Assembly (NCBI GenBank): GCA_963667015.2
Contig: CAXXJJ010000003.1
Location: forward strand, 96,001-160,000
Reading direction: 5' to 3'
Source of the DNA: Desulfatiglandales bacterium
Lineage (GTDB): Bacteria > Desulfobacterota > DSM-4660 > Desulfatiglandales > HGW-15
DNA length: 64,000 nt
Shown: positions 27,522 through 36,694 of the stretch, one piece after another
Layout of the letters: every line of letters begins with the position of its first letter
How positions within the stretch are numbered: the first letter of the stretch is position 1
Made by a program: the position numbers and the translations under genes
The notes under the pieces: generated by a model
Seen by the model: the letters and a program-made list of their open reading frames with translations, nothing else
Told to the model about the DNA's origin: nothing
The model's database searches: none

Positions 27522-29660
27522 ATGAAGGTGAAAATGATCCCGGTTATTCTTGCTTTGTTATTATCATGTACGGCAGAAGCTGAAGAAAAATCTGCTTACA
27601 TACTCGATGAAATACAGGTTGTCGGTGAAAAAATGAATGGCGAGATTGCATATACTCCCGAAAAGACAAGTATCGATGTGGTTTCCTATCAAAATGCCGG
27701 GATACCTCAGAACATCGGGGATATCATAAAGGATCAGCCTGTTATCGATTTCCGCGGGGCAACCGACCTTATCCCCGGTGACCTTGTTGATGGTGATGAT
27801 ACTCTCTGGATGAGGGGATTCAGCAGCAACCGGTTTGTCACTGCAATTGACGGTTCAAACATCCACAAGGCCGGAGGGCGCCAGACATTTCATGTAGTGG
27901 ACTATTCCCTGCTGCCCACGTTCCTGATCGACAGGGTAGAAATCCTGCCCGGTCCTCATTCTGCGCTGTATCCCGGACAGAGCATCGGCGGTGTGGTTAA
28001 CCTGATTACAAAAAGGCCTGAATCATACGACACCCTGAAACCAAAGGCATATATCAGAGCAAGCTACAAATCCTATGATACTCAGAATCACAGTATCTAT
28101 CTCAGGGGCGGGGGTGAAAAATTTACATATGATACCGGATATCAGCGGTATGCCACGGATGGTTCCCTGAGACATGCAGAAGCGGAAATAGACACATTTT
28201 TCGGCCGTATCGGATATATTACACCCAATGAAGGGTATGTTGCCTTTACTGTTTCCCATACGGATGCAGAGCGTCTGATTCCCGTTAAAAATGATCAGAG
28301 TCTTTCGGATTATGACGGCAGCTATCCTGTGGTAACCACATCCTCCTATTACCAGTGGCAGAATCCGAACTGGGATGAAGAGGCCATATCCTACCGGTTT
28401 AATTATAATCAGCCCTCATCGATCGGTACCTGGGATTTGAATGCCTATTATTCCGAAGAAGAGTGGAAAAGGACAACCCTGCGCACGAACAGTGATGGAA
28501 TATATGATGCAGGGTGGGAATCGACATGGCGCCAGCAGGGAGCAAAACTGCAGGACACTGTTACATTTTCCGACAGGCTTCAGGCAGTTATCGGTGCAGA
28601 GCTCCAGCAGTTCTATGACAGCTATGACTCAAAACTGAGATCACCTTCTGCCTTTGATGACCAGAAAAGGGTGGAGAATATATCAGGCTTTGTACAAGAG
28701 CGGTGGCAGGTTATTCCCCGTCTCACGCTTACAGCCGGTCTGCGATATGAACACGCGGAAATATGCGTGGATAATCTTTCCAGTAAAACCGGAACCCTGC
28801 TTATTACCGGAAAGCCCCGATGGATTAAACGCAGTTTTGATGAAGTACTTCCGAAATCATTTCTTACCTATGAGCTTGATGATCTTGCAACAGGCCTGAG
28901 AGATACATCGGTTTCCATGGGCATAAGTAAGATCTGGAGGGCATCGATCAATTTTGGTGATTTCAATCCCAAGGGGATGCCTGCCGGGGCATGGACAGAG
29001 CCCGAACATGGTATCGGATATGATATTGTATTTTCCAGGCGATTGATCAGCGACATTAATATGAAGATCAATTACGCCTGTTATGAAATAAAAGACTACC
29101 TTGCCTGGAACTGGGATTATGCGCAATATACCCCAGGCAGCGGCAACACGGTTACCCCTGGTATGGAATACATGGATTACATTATCAACCTGGAAGAAAT
29201 CACCCGCCATGGCCTTGAACTGCAATTAAGCGGACACCTTACCGATAAACTTGCCTTCAACCTGGGATATGCATACCAGACATTTGATAATAAAGGTAGT
29301 GAACCTGCCGGGCAGGCGGCCCTGGATAATTTTGCCGAGAACAGAATCAACGCGGGACTGCGTTATAACCTGTTTAAAAATACAATGCTGTTTCTGGACT
29401 ATAAATACCAGGATGAACAGGTTGTTCAAAAATCCGAAGAGATTGCAGCGGACGAATGGGTATTTACGGAAATCCCCATGGACGAGTATCATGTTTTTGA
29501 CCTGGCAATTCAGCAGAAAATATTCAAACAATGGGGCGCGTTTAATAACGGCGTCATAAAGGCATTTGTCAATAACCTGTTTGATCATAAGTATGAGAAT
29601 CTCAGCGGATATCCGGCAACGGATCGAACATTCGGCATTGCCTTTGATTTTGATATCTAA
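27522..29660 (+). CDS. TonB-dependent receptor
   Basis: AAGGAG RBS, signal peptide from ATG 27522, DEIQVVG, IDRVEILPGPHSALY. Confidence 0.88.
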   Translation: MKVKMIPVILALLLSCTAEAEEKSAYILDEIQVVGEKMNGEIAYTPEKTSIDVVSYQNAGIPQNIGDIIKDQPVIDFRGATDLIPGDLVDGDDTLWMRGFSSNRFVTAIDGSNIHKAGGRQTFHVVDYSLLPTFLIDRVEILPGPHSALYPGQSIGGVVNLITKRPESYDTLKPKAYIRASYKSYDTQNHSIYLRGGGEKFTYDTGYQRYATDGSLRHAEAEIDTFFGRIGYITPNEGYVAFTVSHTDAERLIPVKNDQSLSDYDGSYPVVTTSSYYQWQNPNWDEEAISYRFNYNQPSSIGTWDLNAYYSEEEWKRTTLRTNSDGIYDAGWESTWRQQGAKLQDTVTFSDRLQAVIGAELQQFYDSYDSKLRSPSAFDDQKRVENISGFVQERWQVIPRLTLTAGLRYEHAEICVDNLSSKTGTLLITGKPRWIKRSFDEVLPKSFLTYELDDLATGLRDTSVSMGISKIWRASINFGDFNPKGMPAGAWTEPEHGIGYDIVFSRRLISDINMKINYACYEIKDYLAWNWDYAQYTPGSGNTVTPGMEYMDYIINLEEITRHGLELQLSGHLTDKLAFNLGYAYQTFDNKGSEPAGQAALDNFAENRINAGLRYNLFKNTMLFLDYKYQDEQVVQKSEEIAADEWVFTEIPMDEYHVFDLAIQQKIFKQWGAFNNGVIKAFVNNLFDHKYENLSGYPATDRTFGIAFDFDI

Positions 29661-29680
29661 AAACTACAGACAGGAAAAAA

Positions 29681-30820
29681 GTGAAAAACATAAAAACCGG
29701 AAAGGCAATACTAACAGTATATGTAACATGGCTGATCTTCTTTCTTGGTCTTGCGGCAGGATGCAGTGATCAAAAAGATAAAGGCGAACAATATGGCAGC
29801 CTGAGAATAATAAAAGACTGCATGGGCAGGGAAGTCAGGATTCCGGACAGAGTCGAAAGAATAGTAGACCTGGCATTGCTCGACGGTGTGCGCACCCTGG
29901 TGGAACTGGGCGCTGACAGCAGGCTTGCCGGAACAAACAATACTGTTAAAAACTTTATGTACGGAGAAGAGGGCAGATCATACTCCTGCTGGTTTGCCCC
30001 GCCGGAGGTGGCTCCGTATCTTAAGGACCTTGTAAGCGTGGGAGAATGCAGGGAGCCGAATATTGAGCTTATAAAATCCCTTGATCCCGATGTTATTTTT
30101 GCATATGCCTCCTATGCAGGATTGGCCGGGGCCCTTGAAAAGCAGACAGGTATTCCGGTTGTATTCATCAGGTCTTCGGGTTGTCTTGATTTTAAGATGC
30201 ATAAACTGGTTGCGGAAATAACAGGCAAAACAGAACGAGCAGATGAACTTGCTGACTATGCAAGGGAAAAGGTTAAAAAGATTACAGTCAGGAATTCTCA
30301 ACTGTCTGCAGAAAAACGGGTAAAGGTTTTTTTCTGGGGATGGCCTGTCCAGGATTCTCCCAGGACCATTGCTCCCTATGATCCGATCGACCTGGCCGGT
30401 GGTATAAATTTGGCAATGCAGGCAAAGATAAAGCCCTATGAAATATATGATGTGACCAAAGAGCAACTGGCCGTGTGGAACCCTGATATTATATTGCTCC
30501 AGTGGTGGACAAAAAAAGATATAGGCGTAAGAGTCGGAACCATCCTTGCCGATCCGGCACTTCAAACGGTTTCTGCTGTAAAAAACAGGAGCGTATATTA
30601 TTCACGGAGCTTTATGAAAGGATGGGACCCGGCAATGGGCCTGTGCGAAATATACTATCTGGCAAAACTTTTCTATCCGGAATTATATGATGATATGGAT
30701 GTTGAAAAGGAATGCAATGAAATACTGGAACGGTTTTACGGGGTTGAAGGCCTGTATACGGATTTTATTAAAAGCAGCGAACTTCACAGGTGGCAGCTAT
30801 TAGTAAATAGAGTCATTTGA
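29681..30820 (+). CDS. Fe-siderophore/cobalamin-type ABC substrate-binding lipoprotein
   Basis: Lipobox LAAGC, DCMGREVRIP..RIV, PNIELIKSLDPDVIF, SAVKNRSVY. Confidence 0.85.
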   Translation: MKNIKTGKAILTVYVTWLIFFLGLAAGCSDQKDKGEQYGSLRIIKDCMGREVRIPDRVERIVDLALLDGVRTLVELGADSRLAGTNNTVKNFMYGEEGRSYSCWFAPPEVAPYLKDLVSVGECREPNIELIKSLDPDVIFAYASYAGLAGALEKQTGIPVVFIRSSGCLDFKMHKLVAEITGKTERADELADYAREKVKKITVRNSQLSAEKRVKVFFWGWPVQDSPRTIAPYDPIDLAGGINLAMQAKIKPYEIYDVTKEQLAVWNPDIILLQWWTKKDIGVRVGTILADPALQTVSAVKNRSVYYSRSFMKGWDPAMGLCEIYYLAKLFYPELYDDMDVEKECNEILERFYGVEGLYTDFIKSSELHRWQLLVNRVI

Positions 30821-31932
30821 TGTACACAAAATCTGAAACGGACAGGATTGATTTACATTTGATTAAAACAAACCAGAAACATGAGATTTCGGTTGAATAT
30901 CAGAAATATACCGGAAGAAAAAGATTATTTATTTTTATACTGATGGCCGCAACATTTTTGCTTGGAACATACTCAATTACACTGGGGCCGTTAGACATAT
31001 CAATCCCGGAAGTCTATTCCACTATTTTGAACCGGTTTCTGCCTGATTACTTTTCAGCTCCCGGTGAGCTTGCCCAAAGGACCATATGGTTTATGAGACT
31101 ACCCAGGCTGCTTATGGGGCTGGCCTCCGGTTTCAGCCTTGCCATTTCAGGGGCTGTAATGCAGACAGTGCTCAGGAATCCCCTGGCAAGTCCCTTTACC
31201 CTTGGCATATCGGCAGGTGCCGGGTTCGGCGCGGCTCTTGCCATACTGTTTGGAAAAGGCCTGGGAGGAGGAACCTACTTTGTCGTGACAAACGCGTTTT
31301 TCTTTTCTTTATTCACTTCTTTTATTATCCTTGCCCTGTCCAGATTTAAAGGAACCACTCCCGGAAACATGGTGCTTGCAGGCATTGCCCTTTCATACCT
31401 TTTCAGCGCAGGTACTACAATGATGCAATATTTTGCCGAATCATGGGCCGTAACAGAGGTTGTCTTCTGGATGACCGGCAGTCTTGCCAGATCAACATGG
31501 AACAGCCTGAAATTCCTGCTTCCGGTCATGTTAATATGCATACCATATCCCCTGAAAAAAACAGGAGAGTTAAATATAATGAGTTCCGGGGATGATGTCG
31601 CTAAAAGCCTCGGCGCAAATGTTAAGCAAACGCGAATTCTGGTTCTGGTGGCAGTGGCGCTTTTAACATCCACTACAATATGTTTTACCGGAACCATAGG
31701 CTTTATAGGACTTGTGGCGCCTCATATTGCAAGAATGATACTGGGCGGGGATAACCGTTTTGTTGTACCGGGAGCAGGATTTATCGGGGCATTGCTTTTA
31801 AGCGGATCTGACATGATAGCAATGAACATTATCCCTCCGACTGTTATCCCGATAGGAATTATGACATCCTTTTTGGGTGTGCCGCTTTTTCTTTACCTGA
31901 TTATGAAAAACAGGAGTGAATTCTGGGGATAG
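30820..31932 (+). CDS. FecCD/BtuC-family ABC permease
   Basis: RLPR, RNPLASPFTLGISAGA, IGFIGLVAPH. Confidence 0.92.
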   Translation: MYTKSETDRIDLHLIKTNQKHEISVEYQKYTGRKRLFIFILMAATFLLGTYSITLGPLDISIPEVYSTILNRFLPDYFSAPGELAQRTIWFMRLPRLLMGLASGFSLAISGAVMQTVLRNPLASPFTLGISAGAGFGAALAILFGKGLGGGTYFVVTNAFFFSLFTSFIILALSRFKGTTPGNMVLAGIALSYLFSAGTTMMQYFAESWAVTEVVFWMTGSLARSTWNSLKFLLPVMLICIPYPLKKTGELNIMSSGDDVAKSLGANVKQTRILVLVAVALLTSTTICFTGTIGFIGLVAPHIARMILGGDNRFVVPGAGFIGALLLSGSDMIAMNIIPPTVIPIGIMTSFLGVPLFLYLIMKNRSEFWG

Positions 31933-32714
31933 AACTTAAAATAAAAAATGTTACCTTTAAGTATGACACACTGCCGGTTCTTGAAGATATTACCTTTGAG
32001 CTCCTGCCGGGGCAGATAGTGGCATTGATAGGTCCAAACGGCGCGGGTAAATCCACTTTGTTAAAATGTATAAACGGACTTTTAAGGTGCCGGAAGGGAA
32101 CCATTCATCTGAACGGGAAACAAATAAATAAAATGCATAGAAAAGAAATTGCGCGATATATGGGGTATGTACCGCAAAGCACTTCATTTGTTTTTCCGTT
32201 TACAGTAATGGATATGGTTTTACAGGGCAGATACCCCTATAGTAACGGGCACCAAAAGAAACAGGATATTGAAAAAGCCGTAAAAGCCCTTCAATATACG
32301 GGTACCGAAGACCTTGCAATGAGAAGTTTTGGTTCTATCAGCGGTGGTCAGCAGCAGAAGGTGATCATAGCAAGGGCAATCGCCCAGGAGGCCGGGATTC
32401 TCCTGCTTGATGAACCCACAAGCAGTCTTGATATAATGCATCAGCTTGAGGTGATGGAACTGTTGAGATATATGGTCAATAAAGATAATTTATCAGTCAT
32501 AATATCAATGCATGATCTTAACCTGACATCCAGATATGCTGACAAGGTAATCATGCTGGAAAAAGGTAAAATCGTCGCGGCCGGAGAGCCTGTGTCGGTT
32601 CTGACGCCTGATAATATAGCCTCGGTTTACAATGTTGAGGCTGCCGTAGAGCACATAAAAAACAGGCCGCATATAATACCGTTAAAAACTTTATCAAATC
32701 GTTTATGTCAATAA
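31923..32714 (+). CDS. FecE/BtuD-family ABC ATPase (start probably non-canonical CTG)
   Basis: GPNGAGKST, ISGGQQQ, LLLDEPT; frame open back to TGA 31917 with typical ELKIKNVTFKY N-terminus. Confidence 0.88.
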   Translation: MGIELKIKNVTFKYDTLPVLEDITFELLPGQIVALIGPNGAGKSTLLKCINGLLRCRKGTIHLNGKQINKMHRKEIARYMGYVPQSTSFVFPFTVMDMVLQGRYPYSNGHQKKQDIEKAVKALQYTGTEDLAMRSFGSISGGQQQKVIIARAIAQEAGILLLDEPTSSLDIMHQLEVMELLRYMVNKDNLSVIISMHDLNLTSRYADKVIMLEKGKIVAAGEPVSVLTPDNIASVYNVEAAVEHIKNRPHIIPLKTLSNRLCQ

Positions 32715-32726
32715 AGGAGCTGTCAT

Positions 32727-33470
32727 ATGAATCAATCCGAAATGGAATACCGGAAACAAAATCCAAGAAAAGAAATAATTAAAGCTGTAGAAAATAGTGA
32801 TCTTGCATGGTGTTTAAATAAAACAGCAGAAATTCACGGCCACTATTGTCCGGGCAGTGCTCTGGGAGTTATGTCCACGGTATATGGCCTCAAACAGTTA
32901 GGGAATGGGATTATGATCTCTGACGGGATGGAGAATCTTATGGCAATAGTTGAGTGCAATGCCTGCTTTGCCGACGGTGTCCAGGTTGTATCTGGTTGTA
33001 CACTTGGTAACAATGCCCTTGTATACCGGGATTTTGGCCGTCTTGCGGTAACATTTGCCATACGTGGAAAAGAGGAAGGCATTCGCGTATGTGTGAGGTC
33101 GGATTTCCAATCCTGTATCAATAAGCTTGTTCCGGAATTTTATCCGCTCATGGAAAAGGTTATTAAAAACAGGCAGGGCACTGCAGAGGATGAAACAGCA
33201 TTCAAGAATATGGGTTATAAGACAGCATTCGCTATCCTGTCTGTTTCTTATGAAGAGATCCTTGTTATTGAAAGTGTTCACCCCTCCCTGCCGGCATATG
33301 CGCCCATAACCGACAGTGTTATCTGCCCGGGATGCGGAGAAATGATTATGGCGTCCAAAGCGGTGGACACAGGAGATAAAAAGGATTATTGTCTGAAATG
33401 CGGCGGCAATAACTATTATCAGGTTGATGGCCGTGGAATATCAATAATCAATAATAATGGAGCGAATTAA
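32727..33470 (+). CDS. FmdE-family protein with C-terminal zinc finger
   Basis: HGHYCPG, CFADGVQVVSGCTLG, CPGCGE..CLKC. Confidence 0.88.
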   Translation: MNQSEMEYRKQNPRKEIIKAVENSDLAWCLNKTAEIHGHYCPGSALGVMSTVYGLKQLGNGIMISDGMENLMAIVECNACFADGVQVVSGCTLGNNALVYRDFGRLAVTFAIRGKEEGIRVCVRSDFQSCINKLVPEFYPLMEKVIKNRQGTAEDETAFKNMGYKTAFAILSVSYEEILVIESVHPSLPAYAPITDSVICPGCGEMIMASKAVDTGDKKDYCLKCGGNNYYQVDGRGISIINNNGAN

Positions 33471-34045
33471 TGGGTTGTACCTGTAAGTTATCAGATCAGC
33501 CTGACGAAATGTCAGACAGCATGATATTAAGGGCAGTGGGTGTTGTAAGAAATAAAATTCAGGAACCTTTCCACAAGGCAGGGGAAACTGGTATTGAGAT
33601 GCAGGGCGAAATGGATGATGTAACGGAGAGGGTAAATGCATCATACAAAACAGTGTCCGAGATCATTATTAAAGAAGAGTATGCACCGCTCCTTGATGGC
33701 ATTGATGAGTATTCTCATATTACGGTGCTGTACTGGGCGCATAAGGTTCCTGAATCGAGCCGTCAGCTAAAACATGTCCACCCCATGGGAAGAAAGGAAA
33801 ATCCCCTTATGGGAATTTTATCAACATGCAGTCCTGCAAGACCCAACCCGGTGTTGATGACTGTTGTTAAGCTGGATAAAAGAGAGGGAAATGTCCTTTA
33901 TGTCCAGGGCCTGGATGCAGTGGACCAGAGTTCTGTAATAGATATCAAACCATATGTAATGGAGTTTTTTCCGAGGAAAGACGTGAGTATTGCCGGCTGG
34001 ATGCGGAAGATCCAGGACGAGATGGATTCCGGTTTAAATGAATAA
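33470..34045 (+). CDS. TsaA/TrmO (UPF0066) family SAM-binding protein
   Basis: LDGIDEYSHITVLYWAH, SPARPNP, GLDA..VIDIKPY. Confidence 0.85.
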   Translation: MGCTCKLSDQPDEMSDSMILRAVGVVRNKIQEPFHKAGETGIEMQGEMDDVTERVNASYKTVSEIIIKEEYAPLLDGIDEYSHITVLYWAHKVPESSRQLKHVHPMGRKENPLMGILSTCSPARPNPVLMTVVKLDKREGNVLYVQGLDAVDQSSVIDIKPYVMEFFPRKDVSIAGWMRKIQDEMDSGLNE

Positions 34046-34167
34046 CCTGTCAATAGTAACTATGATAATAAAACAGTTACAGCCATTTCGGAATGATCCT
34101 GTGATTGGATTCACTTCTATTAACATGCCGCATCCTTCGGATGCTTTTTAAAGAAATTAATCGTTTG

Positions 34168-34198
34168 AAAAAAAATCCCCTCCCTGAAAGGGAGGGGA
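34168..34198 (-). terminator. Intrinsic terminator, minus strand
   Basis: TCCCCTCCCT-gaa-AGGGAGGGGA preceded by A8 on plus strand. Confidence 0.7.
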
Positions 34199-34487
34199 AA
34201 GGGAAGGGCCAGGCAATAAAAAGAGGTGGACTTTTAGTTGCCTCTAAAATTCGACCCTCCCCGGGTTTAGCCCGCCGGACTTTTCATCCTCAGCAGTAAA
34301 AACTGTTTCGGACGCCGTCAGCAATAACCTGTAACTCAGGACGGAGAAGTGAGTCACTGAATCTTCGGCTTTACTAAAGCTTCAGTCTCCGCTAAAGCAA
34401 CGCCCTGACAGGATGCCGGGACAAGACGAACCGGCAGGCAAGGGAGAGGGGGCTGAGATGAAAGGCTGTACATGATTCTTTAGACTT

Positions 34488-35300
34488 CTATTCCACCTCA
34501 AATGTAAGTGTTGCGGAATATTTCTCTTCCATACAGTCTTCACGCAGTGATTCCTTTGCCGGTTTTCGTACTACAGCCCTTACAAGCCACTGCCCTGGAC
34601 TGAGCAGACGGATAGTTGATATGCCATCGGATCCTGTTTTATTTGAGAATGCATAGTCTTCCTCATTGGAAAATCCTACATATGTGGCACTGATATCACA
34701 GAAGCTCGCAGGCTTGCCGCCATGGAGGATCTTTATTTTAAGTGTATCTCCTGTTTTTTTGAGATAGGGATTTTCAAGAGGGATGATCTCGATGTTATGC
34801 CCAACAGGTTTTGAATATGAGTCTGTATCAGTATCTCCAACATTAATAAGGGTCTTTGCATAATTTTCGTAATAAAGGCTTAAAACAACATTATCAAGCC
34901 CTTTCATTGATCCCATTATATGGTGGAGCCGATCCTTGTCATAATACATGGTGTAATAGCCGGATCTTGTTACTGCCGTTACAATGTTTGCCCCGGGCTT
35001 TTTTATAATTACTGGTGTTGCCTTGAACCCTCCTTCTCCCGGTTTGATATCCACTGTCTTTCCGTCTTCGCCTACAAGTTTGAGCTCTGTTAGCCTGTTA
35101 TCACCAAGAAAATCATGGACAGGCAGCTTGTGTCCAAAACCGAAATATATTTTGGTTTGTGCACCGGTTTTTTCATTTAATAAAGGTTTATAATCAACAG
35201 AATTAATCCAGAAATTATGGGCAAATGCCGTTTGCGGAATGCATGATAAAATAAAAAATAATATAAAGGTCATTATTGACGATTTTAATGAATTAGCCAT
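34488..35300 (-). CDS. DUF4198 / NikM-like periplasmic metal-uptake protein
   Basis: Signal peptide ending AFA then HNFWI; FGFGH, IEIIPLENP, GQWLVR, YSATLTFEV. Confidence 0.8.
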   Translation of the reverse strand: MANSLKSSIMTFILFFILSCIPQTAFAHNFWINSVDYKPLLNEKTGAQTKIYFGFGHKLPVHDFLGDNRLTELKLVGEDGKTVDIKPGEGGFKATPVIIKKPGANIVTAVTRSGYYTMYYDKDRLHHIMGSMKGLDNVVLSLYYENYAKTLINVGDTDTDSYSKPVGHNIEIIPLENPYLKKTGDTLKIKILHGGKPASFCDISATYVGFSNEEDYAFSNKTGSDGISTIRLLSPGQWLVRAVVRKPAKESLREDCMEEKYSATLTFEVE

Positions 35301-35404
35301 TTATTCCTCCATTTATATAATTTTGAATGATTTTCCAATTAATATCGAACAAAATCTTTAACTAAAACATGATAAATAGTGTTTTAGCTCAGAGATATGT
35401 TCAT

Positions 35405-35492
35405 AAAAAAAGGCATAACCCGGAATTTGACTAAACCGAGTTATGCCTTCACTTTTTTAGACCCGTTACCGGTGATAAAACCGTAAAGCATA
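35405..35492 (-). promoter_or_regulatory. Leader attenuator copy C
   Basis: Minus strand TATGCTTTACGG...AGTGAAGGCATAACTCGG-loop-CCGGGTTATGCC-T7. Confidence 0.72.
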
Positions 35493-35541
35493 CCTTTTTA
35501 TCTATACTTACTGCTTGAAAAAAAGATTTTCAGATAGCAAA

Positions 35542-35675
35542 GTAAGGTTGACTAAATTAAATAGAAATCTCTAATTAAACTAATCGACTAATCATGTCAA
35601 GTTTTTCTTTTTTATAAAAAAACTTGACATGATTTGATATAGGCCTTATAAAAATAAATTATTAGATCTTTCTAA
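35542..35675. promoter_or_regulatory. Divergent promoters with DtxR-type boxes
   Basis: Boxes 35542-35555 (degenerate), 35561-35574 (+19), 35662-35675 (perfect); TTGACA on both strands (35595-35600 minus, 35624-35629 plus). Confidence 0.7.
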
Positions 35676-35707
35676 TAAAATTAAGAGCCTTAAAAATGGA
35701 GGTTCAA

Positions 35708-36226
35708 ATGGACGATATACAGATTACATCAACAATGGAGGATTACCTTGAAACCATCTTTCAGCTCAATAGAGAAAAAGGTGCCATCAGGGTAAAAAAC
35801 ATCGCCAAAAAAATGGGAGTTAAGATGCCTACGGTAACTAATATGCTCAAAACTCTCAATGATAAAGGCCTTATTGATTACGAAAAACATGAATATCTTG
35901 AATTGACCAGGGCGGGGCTCAAGGTAGGTAAAGAGATAGAAAGAAGACATAATGCAATAAGGAGTTTTCTTACTGAAATATTAAAACTGGACCCTGTTTC
36001 AGCTGATGAAGAGGCCTGTAAAATGGAACATGGTATGAGTTCCGAAACACTTGTTCGTCTTATCAAGTTTATTGAATTTGTACAATCATGTCCCAGAACA
36101 GGTGAAAGCTGGTTAAATTATTTTGAAGATTATTGCCGTAATGGAATAAAGCCAGAAAAGTGTGAAGAACATATGAAGGATTTTAAGATGAGCTGTGACG
36201 CATGCATTGCTGAGGTCAAACAGTAA
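35708..36226 (+). CDS. DtxR/IdeR/MntR-family metal-dependent repressor
   Basis: MEDYLE, IAKKMGVKMPTVTNML, RRH, EACKMEH; GGAGG RBS before ATG 35708. Confidence 0.93.
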   Translation: MDDIQITSTMEDYLETIFQLNREKGAIRVKNIAKKMGVKMPTVTNMLKTLNDKGLIDYEKHEYLELTRAGLKVGKEIERRHNAIRSFLTEILKLDPVSADEEACKMEHGMSSETLVRLIKFIEFVQSCPRTGESWLNYFEDYCRNGIKPEKCEEHMKDFKMSCDACIAEVKQ

Positions 36227-36244
36227 ATTTTTTTATTTAATGAG

Positions 36245-36277
36245 TTAGATTAATCTAATAGGATTAGTTATGCCTAA
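36245..36277. promoter_or_regulatory. Two perfect DtxR-type boxes 19 bp apart
   Basis: TTAGATTAATCTAA 36245-36258; TTAGTTATGCCTAA 36264-36277. Confidence 0.8.
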
Positions 36278-36566
36278 AGAAATACTGGATAAAAATGAAA
36301 TATTGATAAGCCTGCATAACCGTACCGAAGAACTGCATAAACGAATGGATGTACAGTGTGCCCTTATGGAGGATTTTATCAACAGCGGTTTTTTTAAAAA
36401 AAATTATCCTGCGGAAAAGAATCCGCAGAATAATGAAAGAGAAAAAAAACTGGTAAATGCCCTGAAAGATACTATAGAAACCCTGGAGCAGACAAAAAAA
36501 TCATTTAAATCAAAAAGACTGGAACATTTACGGAAAAGACTGACTGATGTCTTGATAGGGCAATAA
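36270..36566 (+). CDS. Hypothetical coiled-coil protein
   Basis: 98 aa ORF filling the gap between dtxR and feoB; basic amphipathic C-terminus. Confidence 0.6.
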   Translation: MPKEILDKNEILISLHNRTEELHKRMDVQCALMEDFINSGFFKKNYPAEKNPQNNEREKKLVNALKDTIETLEQTKKSFKSKRLEHLRKRLTDVLIGQ

Positions 36567-36614
36567 TTTTTTATATAACCTAAAATAATAACCATAAATA
36601 TGGTTATTTAGGAA

Positions 36615-36687
36615 TGTTTTACATCCTTTGGCCGACAGGCGCAAAGGAAGTGAAGGCAAAACTAAAGGCGGAAAAAGCCTTAAGGAG
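36615..36687 (+). promoter_or_regulatory. Possible fourth (non-terminating) copy of the leader motif
   Basis: TGTTTTAC-AT-CCTTTG..CAAAGG-AAGTGAAGGCA, then GCCTT abutting AAGGAG RBS. Confidence 0.4.
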
Positions 36688-36694
36688 TTAAAGA

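Noticed and set aside
34280..34330. Hammerhead-like words (CTGA..GAAAC) on the minus strand
   Set aside because: Core CUGANGA-stem-GAAA geometry and flanking stems not satisfied
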